Positions 39,148 through 49,943 of a stretch of DNA of 64,000 nucleotides are shown piece after piece. The DNA comes from Dimorphilus gyrociliatus. Its lineage: Eukaryota; Animalia; Annelida. Every line of letters starts with the position of its first letter. The first letter of the stretch is position 1. The notes beneath the pieces were generated by a model. It saw only the letters and a program-made list of their open reading frames with translations, was not told where the DNA came from and did no database searches. The translations under genes were made by a program, and so were the position numbers. The stretch lies in contig CAJFCJ010000055.1 of NCBI GenBank assembly GCA_904063045.1, positions 8,802 through 72,801 on the forward strand, written 5' to 3'.

Positions 39148-39354
39148 AGATGCAACAGAAAATGTCCACAAATGAGTGGTTTTACCCTAACCCTAACCCA
39201 GCCTTTAGCAGTACCTAACCTTTTGCATTAGCCCTAACCCTTAGAGGAGACCCTCCTAAGAACAAATCAGTGGCTGTTTTCTTCTGCCTAACCATTTCTC
39301 AATCCAAATTTTTGTTTTGAAATTTCTCATTTGTGGACATTTTCTGTTGACCCC
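39148..39354 (-). mobile_element. MITE with TTAGGG-like repeats
   Basis: Near-identical to 37368-37568; (ccctaa)2 core; TSD not evident. Confidence 0.85.
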
Positions 39355-39755
39355 CAGATACCCACCTTCTTATAGAACATTCACTCAGAGTTTCATCCCC
39401 AAAATAGCCCTTTAACTGTATATAAATTTTCATTTGAGAGACCTTCTCATGCACCAAAAATGCAATGATATTTCATTGAATGGAATGTGTGGACATGACA
39501 TGTGGTTGCTTACACCAAAATAAATTTGAAATGGCTTGACAGAATCGAATGAAAGTTTACACAGTGAAAGTTTACTAATTCACTAAGATTATTGGAAAGT
39601 ATCAATGTGATTAGTTTAGCTGTTTTAAAATTATAGCACAGAGCTTGAAATTTTTCCTAATATTTTGTATTTTGTTGTATCCTGATTGTACACTTATGAA
39701 CTATAATTTATAGATATTTTATAAATGATACTTACTATATGGTAGAAGTGAGTAT

Positions 39756-40800
39756 ATGCTGAAATTGGAAGAATATATGGAGAAAATAAAGAATTTGGGT
39801 GGAGCTGTTGATGGTGAATCCTTCATTGCAAAACATGTGCAGTCTGGTTCATTAACTCTTCCTGAAAACTCTTCTATGTATGGAAGTTCAAGTAGCCTCA
39901 AATTGCAATCTGGTAGTTCAAGTGAGTCAATGTCTCAAGCAAGGAATAGGGGACAGAGGACAACAGAACAGCTCATAATGAGAATCACTGAATTGGAACA
40001 TACCATGGCAAATTTACTTTTGGATGCTGGTGAAAGACCAAATACTACATTGTTGAAACCATATTCTGGAAGAGAGGACACCTGGAATTTTAAAAGGAAT
40101 TTCAGAACAGCTGCAGAAATAAGTTCATGGAATACTGAAGCAAAAAGAATACAAATGTTAAGAAAGTACACTGTAGATAAAGCTAGACTGTTTGTTGAAA
40201 GACTTCCTCCTGAAGCATCAGAAAAAGATATATGGGGAGCTTTAGACTTTGAGTTTAACCCTCCCCCTATTATCTATAAAAGAGATGTTGAAAGGTTAAA
40301 GCAATTAACTGGTGAAACTGTAACAAGTTTTGCTGGGAGAGCAAGTGATCTTTTTGAGAAATTCTTGCCTGGAAATGCAAATGATCAGCCTGCTGTGATT
40401 GAAAGGATAAGAGAAATACAGTTATTAAACACCTTGAGATCTGGCCTGAGAGCTGATATAGTCAACCATGTGGAACAACACAGGAATATTGACAATGCAA
40501 AACAGTATCTAAATTTGGCAAAAGAAGCTGAAGCATATCTTAGTACTCTATGAATAGAGGAAAAAGAGGAACAATATTGGAAGAAAAATGATTGGAAGAC
40601 TTATAATCCTCCACAACACAGACACAGTAATCCAGAGAATAGAGGTTACAATCCAAGATATGGTGAAACCATCATGGAAACAGGAGAGCTGAATCAAAGT
40701 CAACCCTCCACAGAATCAGTTTTGAGAAACCTGACAAACCATCAGATGGCGAAAATACAGCTGGAACAGTTGCAATATATCATGTGGGACAAGAAACAAA
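39756..40800 (+). pseudogene. gag: Gag (Ty3-type capsid, degenerate zinc knuckle)
   Basis: KPYSGREDTWNFKRNFRTAAEISSW..LKQLTGETVTSFAGRASDL (major-homology-like region); YHVGQE..HFRC knuckle remnant; frameshift near 40550. Confidence 0.8.
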
Positions 40801-43800
40801 GTACCATTTTCGATGTACTTCTCAAGTTAAGGGAAGAAATGACTTCATGATTAGATTTGTGAATCCAAAAGGGAGAGAAACTTTGGCTCTGTGTGATTCA
40901 GGTACTCTCATATCCTTCATTACAGAAAAGGAAATACAGCTGTTAGGTGATAAGATACAGATGGAATTACCCCCTGGGTCACTATGTTTTACAACAGCTG
41001 ATGGCACAAGACTAAACACACTTGGACACTGTAAATTGAATATTCAGTTTGCTGGTAGGATTCTGGAACAGGAATTAATTGTAGTAAAGGATCTGGATTT
41101 GTCAATTCTACTTGGATGTGATTTTCTGACAAAAAATGGTGCAAGATTGGACTTTGCAACAAAAACTGCATCCCTCCCCTTTTTCATACAGAATGGTAAA
41201 GATGCAAAAGAAGAATTACATGTGAAATCTTTTCATGGAGCTGGAGGAAGAACAGAAGAAAAGAAGAAAAAAAGAAGCAAGAAGAAATTTGCTGTTAGAA
41301 TGATCAGAAATGAAAAGAATTCAGACAAGGCAGTGGAATTAACCAGAATTGAAAAAGAAAGAAGAAAGTTGAAGAATCTATTGTTGAAGAATTTGAAGAG
41401 ATTATGGCTAAAGATGAAACAGATATTGGCACACCTGATGTACCACCTCTCTCAATTGATCTTTGTGAAGAAGCCACCCCATTCAAGCTAAGACCATACA
41501 GATTACATCCAGTGAAAATGGATGAATGTAAAAAGCAAGTTAATGACTTACTGAACAGTGGAATTATTAGAATAAGTAAAAGTGAATGGGCATCTCCTAT
41601 TCTGTTTGTACAAAAGAAAGAAGGAATGCAAAGACTTTGTATTGATTATAGAAAACTCAACAAACAGACTAAGAAAAATAGGTATCCACTCCCTCATCAA
41701 GAAGATTTATTTGATCAGCTAGGAGAAAATAAATATTTCTCTGTACTCAACCTCACAAGTGCTTATCACCACATCAAAATTAAAGAAGAAGATAGAGAGA
41801 AAACAGCATTTATAACACCATTTGGCCTCTTTGAGTTTAATAGAATGCCATTTAGGTTAGCAAATGCCCCACCTCACTTCAGCTATGTTATGGCAACATT
41901 TGCTTTAAATGGAATGGATAAATTCTGCCTCAATTATATGGATGATATTATCATATTTACCAACACTCTAGAGGAGCATAAAGTAGCTTTGACAAAAGTG
42001 CTGGAACAAATCAAGAGAAAAGATTTTAGAATCAAGCTGAGCAAATGTAACTTTCTTCAGGAATCAATTCAATTCCTTGGACACAGAATAAGTAAAGATG
42101 GAATTGCTACTGATGCAGAGAAAATTGCTAGGATCAAGGAAGCAAACAAACCTGTATTTGCAAATACATTACTCAGTTTTGTTGTGTTTTGTGGATATTA
42201 TAGAAGGTTTATAAAAGACTTTGCAAGAATTACCAAACCTCTACAAAATTTGATAAAGGAACATGGTAAAAACAGCAAACTCAACTGGACTAAGGAAGCA
42301 GAAGAAGCCTTTGATACCCTCAAGAGAGGGATGATAACACCTCCAATCCTACAGCTACCTGATTATAACAAACCTTTCTACCTTACCACTGATGCATCTG
42401 ACTTTGCAGTTGGAGCTATCTTAGAGCAAGAAACTGTTGGAGCTGATGGAAAGAAAACCAAGAGACCAGTTTCATTTGCATCAAAATTACTTATCAATTC
42501 ACAGCTCAAGTATGCTGCATATCAAAAAGAAGCTTTTGCTGTTTATTGGGCAACACAGAAGTTTTCACATTACCTAAGATACAAGAAGTTCTTCTTATAT
42601 ACTGACCACCAAAGTTTGGTTCAAACATTTGTTCAAAGAAAACTTAATTTGTGTACAGTAAAATGGGTAATGGCACTTATGGATATGGAATTTGAGATAA
42701 TATACATACCTGGTAGGAACAACAGAGCTGACTGGATATCCAGAATTGGTGAAGGAAAACCCCAAATAAGCTTTAAAGATTTATTGAAGAAGGAGTTATT
42801 GGAAGAGAAGGCTGAAGAGTCTGCAACACAACTTATGCAAAGAAAAGACATAATTTCATGTAATTTCCTAGATGCAGAAGAGTTTGAGGATATAGATAGT
42901 AATGATGAAAATGAGAATGGCAATGAAAATGAAGCTGCTGAAATCACAATGAATTTTCCACAAGAACAAGCTAAAGATTTGGAACTGATGAAAGTAGTAG
43001 ATAAATTAGAAGGTTTAGAAATTTCAAATGCAGAAATGGGTGAATATGCTGATCATTTGGAAAAGATGCTGATAAGAGATGACTTGGTAAGCTATTTGAG
43101 CAGATGCATGGGCATCCCTTATTCAGACATTATGGCATTGATACCACTATACAAACTTGGGAATATGCATTCTGGCACCCAAAATTGAAAACTAATATTA
43201 AAAATCATCTACATCAGTGTGAAGTATGTGAACAACTAAGAGCACCAAGCCATAGGCATGAATTGATAGAAACACCACATCCTGTTGAACCTCTACAAAG
43301 AATTGACATGGATATTATTGGACCTCTTAATGGACATAATACTTTCAAGCACATTTTGGTTATTGTAGATCACATGCCAAGATTTACAAACCTGTATCCT
43401 CTTAAGGGACAAACTTCAGAAGAGATACTAAAACACTTGTTTTATGACTATTTTCCTAATTTTGGTTTACCAGAGGAAGTGTTAACTGATCAAGGAAGAA
43501 ACTTCCTAAGTGAGACATTTGTTGAGCTTGTCACATCCCTGGGTGTAAGGAAAATCAAAACTACAGCCTTTCATAGCCAAAGCAATGGCATAGTAGAAAG
43601 AAGAAACTTGGAAGTAAGAAGAGCACTACATAAGTTACTGGTAATAGAAGGGTATACTAATTGGGTGAAGCAGTTACCAATTATTTAAAGCTGCCTCAAC
43701 CAAATTCCAGTTGGAAGTACAGGAAAAACCCCTCATGAATTACTTTATGGACTTAGAAATCGAAACATGTTGGATACATTGCTAACAATTCCAAGAATTG

Positions 43801-44130
43801 AGCCAACAACCAAATTCTTATTTGATAGAAAGCAAGACATGGACAAATTAAGGACAACTGCATTATGTAAATCAGTAATAAAGAAGAAGGAATACAGGGA
43901 TAGAATTAACAAAACCCTGACCAGAAAACCTCCAACCTATAGTATTGATGATTGGGTACATATTAGGAGAGAAGATATTCACAGAGGTATGGAAAGGATA
44001 CCAAGCTTTAAATGGAATGGACCATATAAGATAACAGCTGCAGATGCAACCAAATGTTTGTATGAAGTGGAATTGGAAGATGGCAAAAGAAAATATTATC
44101 ATGCAACAAGATTAAGATTGGCTAATAACC
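40784..44130 (+). pseudogene. pol: Pol: aspartic protease, reverse transcriptase, RNase H, integrase (frameshifts near 41370 and 43100; stop at 43686-43688)
   Basis: ALCDSGTLISFI; SEWASPILFVQKK..RLCIDYRKLN; YMDDIIIF; TTDASDFAVGA, YTDHQSL, RADWISR; HHCC H..H..CEVC; DMD, TDQGRNF, NGIVER; GPY motif at 44019-44027. Confidence 0.95.
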
Positions 44131-44207
44131 AAGCAAGAGATGAGACAGTTAATCATGTTGGTACAGAAAATAGAAGAAAACCATCAAGGTTATTTCCAAT
44201 TAGAGAG

Positions 44208-46232
44208 ATAATACCTCTAATAATAATCATGATCATATTTATGCTACTACCATTGACAATGGCAAACCAATTCACAACTGGTGCTAACATCACTTTAGAA
44301 TTTGTACTTCCTATTCAATACTGCAATGGACAGCAACTACAGCAAGCATTTGATTTAGCAGATCAACCTGAATGTCAAGTATACAACCAACCTGTGACCA
44401 AAATATTAGCCAATGTCTATGAAATAAACACAGCTGATTTAGAGGTTGAAGCAGTAAAATGCATGGTGAGGAAGAGAGAGAACTTCTACACTTATTATTT
44501 TTTTGGTTCAAAGAAGCACAGAGTTGAAAAATTCATTGTTACATTGTCAGAAGAAGAATGCAGAAAGATGTATCAAGAGAAGAAAGCTTACTCTGGGCAG
44601 AAGCTTTATAACAAAGGAAATATTTGGACTTATAATGAAAGGAAAGGAACAGCCTATAAATACCCATCAACAACTTTAGTTATAGAATATACTACAATTA
44701 TACAAGTTGGAAAAGCATACTGGTTACCTTATCAAAACTATGTAACAACAGATCTTGATTTTGTTGAAGATTGTCCAGTTCAACAAAGATTTTGCAGAAC
44801 TATAAATTCAGTTATTATCCTCCAATTGTTAAAAGATAATAGAATCATGGGACAAGAATCACCATGGAGAGTGATTTCAAGAAGGATATCATGTATAAAG
44901 TTTGCAGGATATTACTCCTGTCCTGAATATACTATTATGGATAAATACTATAAAGATAGTTTCATAGAAGGATTTGGAGGGCCAGGTACAAGAGTTCTGG
45001 TTCCTATCAAAGAAAACCAACTTCTGACAACAGATTTATCAACATCTGGGTACCAAGATGATGAAATGCTAAAGAATGCAGTATTCAAGCTGGTGTCAGA
45101 AGAGGAAGTAGTTTATTGAAAAAGTACCAGTCAAAGAGTTTAATGATAAGGAATGCTCTTCAGAAAGACCACGAAAGTATACCAACATTTAGAGATTGGT
45201 ATAGGGAAGGAGATAAAACATATCATATGATGATTAAAATCCCTGGTCATGCTGTAGTCAGAACATACCAATTAAAGCAATCTATAGCACCAGATGTATG
45301 GAGTATACAAAACACATATATTGGAAAAATGTTAAAGAAAGTAACCTTGCCCATTGCAAAGGAGTGAAGAAAAGACCAGTACAAAGTTACCCACAAATTT
45401 GTTGAAGAAAAATTGTTGCCAAAAACAGGTGTTTGGTTTCAAGGACCTCAAGGGAAGCAGTTTAAGTTGACTAAAAGAAAATTAGGATATCTCCTACTAG
45501 AAAGAATTGCAAAATCAGAAAAAGAAAAAGAGATGAAAATAAAAATCATCAAAGTGGAACAAGGGCAGCATTTCTAAAATCAGTTGATAAAAATTTCATC
45601 AACTTACAAGATACCTTTAACCAGCTCTCAAGAATGTTATGTAGAGCATTTGTGCAGAGGAAATTATTATCTACTAAGTCCTATCACACGTCAGTTACCA
45701 ACAGTTTTATCTGAAGAGAAAGGAACACATAGCACTTGGCTGGGAGACCTCGCAACAATTAATTGTTGTACACAACACAAATCTATTCAGATCATATGTG
45801 ACTTGAACATTATTGTGAAAGATGGTAAATGCTCAAAGCAACTATTGGCCAAATATAAGGAGTTAATATTCTCAGTGGAGCCCATAACCCATCAATTGCG
45901 TGATAGCTTAAAAGATATAATATATGGAATAACATGAACAAATCTTCAGGTAAAGAATCTTTGGAAGCCAGAGTAATATGAACAAATAAGCTTGATCAAT
46001 ATTCGACAATTTGAAACAATTGGATATGATAATAATTAGGATAATGTTGGAAAGAAACATAAAATATAAACAAAAAAAAAAAAAAAAAAAAAAAAAATGT
46101 AACACAAAGAATACTAAACAGATTCAGAAAAACAAATGACATCAAATCCATTGAGGAAGGCCAACCCTTAAGAGTTGTCATCAGCAGGAAAGGTCAAGTT
46201 ATTATTGCCAATGTTGAACCATCAGTGGAATG
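44208..46232 (+). pseudogene. env: Env-like class III fusion glycoprotein, in frame with integrase; 3' half frameshifted and TM eroded
   Basis: Internal signal IIPLIIIMIIFMLLPLTMA; NIT sequon; KC..YYFFGSKKHR..TLSEEEC..AYKYPSTT..DCPVQQRFCRTINS parallels the rhabdovirus G fusion domain; ECYVEH..YLLSPITRQL..KGT resembles the chuvirus G CYxELPV..FLxPxT..GT motif. Confidence 0.78.
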
Positions 46233-46252
46233 ATGCTTTAAGGAGAGAAGTC

Positions 46253-46827
46253 TGTACGCTTACAAACTATAGTTTATAGATATTTTATAAATGATACTTA
46301 CTATATGATAGAGGTGTTGAAGTAGATGCTACCTCTAGGGTAGATGGTACCAAACTGCCAGAATCAACCCCTTTTATAGGCAAAGGATAAGATGTTACAT
46401 AACAAACATGTTGACAACAACAACAAGTGTTTATTTACATAAATATGATGTAAGAATTGACCCTTGATGGGTAACCTATGCAAAGTTGTTGTTGTTTACA
46501 TCACTATTGCATAATATGATAACCCTTGACCCTGTTTGTTGTGAACAATCCTTATCTGGGGTTAGACCCTTGTTGTTGACAGCCAAGGCATAAACAACTG
46601 ATAAGGAATTGTATAAAAGCAGGGCATAGGCAGTAACAGGCATTCAGTCCTGAATCAACTCCCTTAGTGAACAGGTCTAGTATTACTTTAGAATACAGTT
46701 ATATTATTCTTATGGTTTGGTTCTATATTCATCCTTCATCAATTCTACATCTCTCTCCTAAGTGGCTTACTCCTGGTTCAGTTCTATTTGGACCAGTACT
46801 TACCTACAACCTCAGCAGGAAAGTACA
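46253..46827 (+). repeat. 3' LTR (family B), 575 bp, TGTAC...GTACA
   Basis: Follows PPT aaggagagaag; sense TATAAAAG at 46612 with TCAGT at 46644; antisense TATAAAAG at 46378-46371. Confidence 0.82.
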
Positions 46828-47097
46828 TCTGTATTTCTTTTTAAATGTATTCAAATCAGATAGACATTGATTCATGAGCACGAAAATAAAAGTTAGATAT
46901 TAAATTGTTTTCCATTTGATAAATTAAAAATGGATTCTTCTAAGAGAATGTAATTATTATTGAATTGATGAACATTAGATTTTAGTTTATTTGATTTTTT
47001 AGGATATGATAAATAAAGTATTCACAACCCTAACCTAACATTCAGAATACAAAACAACAATATAACTAAAAGATGGAAACTAATTTTCTCTCTTTTC

Positions 47098-48021
47098 TTA
47101 TCTTAAATATTTTCTACAAGTAATCTTTTTAAAGAGATTAGTATAAAGTTTTTTTGTTTGTTGTCTTATAGATGATTTAGTATAGCCATGAATAAGTGGA
47201 TTAATTGTTGAATTTGACAGAAAAATTGTTGTAAGCATTGAAAGAGAAAATTTATAAAGTGCTGACTGCATCATAATCTTTGTAGTTTCCATTTTATTAT
47301 AATTTATAATAGTTGTTGTAGTTGATAGAATCCATAAAATAGTATTAAATATTAAAAGGCAGGTTAAAGCCGTTATGCTACTTCCTCCTGACATTGTACT
47401 AATGGCATTTGATGCATTAGAAATTGCTTTTTTGTGTTTCCATACTGCTCTTAATATAGGAATATATAAAACTATACCAGTTATAGCATTTGGTGAAACA
47501 GTACTAAATGTCCAAAAATACAAATAGGAAGGTGGAAGGAGATCTAAAATATTACATATAACAGTAACATTTTCTTTAAAGTTAGTCTGGTAAGTATTCC
47601 AACCAATAAGAGGAAATATACAAATGACAATATTGAACAGCCACATACCAGCAAGTATGATAACTGCTCTCCTTATTGTCCATATTTTATGAAATTTTAA
47701 AGGATTTACAACTGCAATAAACTTTTCAAATGTAATTAGAGTCAATGTAAAAGATGATACAGCAATAATTAATAATACTAGTTGAGTTAGAAAAAGACAA
47801 CTGTAAAAACTTGCTGGTTTATCAGTAAGATAAAAAAAGCATAAAATACTTATTGAATATAAAATATCAGTAAAAGTCAATGCAGTAACACCAAAATTCT
47901 CTAATTTCCAAATATCTCTATTTATTGTACGAACAGCAATCAAATTTCCATTTAAAATTAGACCAAGAATCTGATTGCAACTCATAAATATCATTACAAA
48001 TGTTTGATAGAAATAATCCAT
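47098..48021 (-). CDS. Intronless class A (rhodopsin-like) GPCR, 307 aa
   Basis: Seven hydrophobic segments; GNLI, LTFTD, CLF..ITFEKFIAVVNPLKF, PLIGWN, C, NSTINPLIHG. Confidence 0.92.
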   Translation of the reverse strand: MDYFYQTFVMIFMSCNQILGLILNGNLIAVRTINRDIWKLENFGVTALTFTDILYSISILCFFYLTDKPASFYSCLFLTQLVLLIIAVSSFTLTLITFEKFIAVVNPLKFHKIWTIRRAVIILAGMWLFNIVICIFPLIGWNTYQTNFKENVTVICNILDLLPPSYLYFWTFSTVSPNAITGIVLYIPILRAVWKHKKAISNASNAISTMSGGSSITALTCLLIFNTILWILSTTTTIINYNKMETTKIMMQSALYKFSLSMLTTIFLSNSTINPLIHGYTKSSIRQQTKKLYTNLFKKITCRKYLR

Positions 48022-49943
48022 TTTTTACAGGAATGTAGATAATGCAAAGTTTCTGCTTAGTGTAAATTCAAAAATTCAAAATGGCTGCTTTTATTGAGTT
48101 AATTTTCTCTTATACGTCTGATGTTATAGTTCATAAATTATTTATTACTTAATGTGTCCCTTTAAAATTGCATAATCCTATCATGTTGTTTAGAAATCAC
48201 TTTAGAACAAATACTTAGAATAGAGTTCAGAAGTCATTTTTTTAGGTTTTAGGATAAAAACACACGCAAAATGTATTTTTAAAACTTTATATTTTATAAC
48301 AAAAATATTTTTATTTCGAATTTAAAATGAAACATAAAGAAAATTCATTGCTTTAAATATTTGAAAAACAAGATTAAAAGGTTTTATAACATTGACAAAG
48401 CTCTAATGTGTGGCTACAGAGCTGTACAGTTCCAACTTTTAGTTCTTCATTATTTCACTCATTAATATATTAACATTAGAATGCTACAGAGTTAAACTGT
48501 ATTATTCTCCATTTAAAAGCAATTTTGTACACTTTATACACAAAAATTTTGTAATGGCACCTCTTTGTATCAACTGTTGTAAAAGGTTTTGTGGTAGACA
48601 TAGAAAGATAAAATGCAATCATTGTCAAATACTTGACTCACTTTTGAGTAGTACCAACCTAGTGTTAGCAAAGAGAAAAGATCATCAAAGTAAATGTATT
48701 CTTTTGAACACAATGTAAAAACAAATGTTTCATTTTAAGCGATACATACTCAAGTACAAATGCCTTATAGTAGCATGTTGCCAAATTGCCTAACTACCAT
48801 TCAATGTTGAAGAAGGCTTGTTCAAGTCCATGTTGTTAAAAAATTTTTGGTAGGTAACTTGATTAGTCTGTCTTAGTCATTATTTGAAAACCTTACCAAC
48901 ATTTTCAGACAGTGGTACTCTTGCAATCAAAATTTCAGCTAAGAATTGTTTTAATAGACTGTCGCCTGCTAAAATGTTCATTACAACAGAAGGGTTTAAG
49001 GATAGCTGTCTTACTGGACAATATAGTCAAATAGTTTTAAAGATACAGCTTTACGGTTTTAAAAAAAAAAGAACAATATAAATCAATAACAACCTAGGAT
49101 ATAAGCCTATCTCTAAAAGAGAGAAAAAGGAATTGAAATTGGAAACAACTATTGAATACCAAAAAATAGTAACTATTTTATTAAAGATGGAAAAAAACTG
49201 CTATGAACCAGTTGTATTATTATAAATATGACGCTTTTGTAATAATTTTCTAATAATGCCTCCTAAGACAAAAATATCATTCTTCTGTTTATCATTTTCA
49301 AGAATGTTCATGCCATTTAATTTAATTATAAACACATTTCTTGTAGTCTGTTAAAAGAAAAGATCAAATAATAGAAGTGAGTAGTTTATAAACAGTAAAC
49401 AGGTGTTGGGCAGTAGGAAAAAACAATATTGGTCCTTATTATGTTTTTAAACCATTTTTTAAGCCTAGATTTCATAAAATAACTGCAGTTTTCTCCCTTT
49501 TCCAACAGATGTGCCTGTGTGTTTGAGTTTATATTTATATATATTACATCATAACATATTGTATCTAGTGTTAGTTTCTGATTCAAACAGAATGACATAT
49601 CATGAAGATTTAAGATTCCAGTTGTAATGTCTTGTATCAATTTGAAATATTTGAATTTTATAAATAATTCCCTAGAATAGACAACATCTTGAAAATATTT
49701 ATATTGATAATTCTGTAATAATAAATGATTTTGTGGATTGTTGACAAATTTTGCAACTGCAAAAAAAAGAAAACAATATTATAGGCCTATGATATATATT
49801 AATATAATATATATTGAATAATGTTTACATTTCGTTTTTAATTGATTTGCAGTGTTTTGAATTGATTTTAAACTGATTTTTGTTTAGATAAAAAAAAACA
49901 GATTTGTTACTATAACAATTTTTTTTATGTTTTTTTTTTCTTC

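Larger units (their letters stand above)
39687..46827 (+). mobile_element. Decayed env-carrying Ty3/Gypsy LTR retrotransposon; 5' LTR reduced to its first 64 bp
   Basis: gag-PR-RT-RH-IN-env order; PPT at 46240-46250; 3' LTR 46253-46827; 39687-39750 matches the LTR start. Flanks ctgat and tctgt do not form a clean TSD. Confidence 0.93.

Noticed and set aside
39750-39800. tRNA primer-binding site
   Set aside because: No TGG-initiated tRNA-complementary tract follows the truncated 5' LTR; the region appears deleted.
39719-44511. Minus-strand ORFs within the Gypsy element (e.g. 39935, 40822, 42633, 43872, 44311)
   Set aside because: Short antisense shadows of gag, pol and env with no motifs.
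46072-46097. 26-nt poly(A) as a retroposed tail
   Set aside because: Lies within the Lys-rich env cytoplasmic-tail coding region upstream of the PPT; better explained as slippage expansion.
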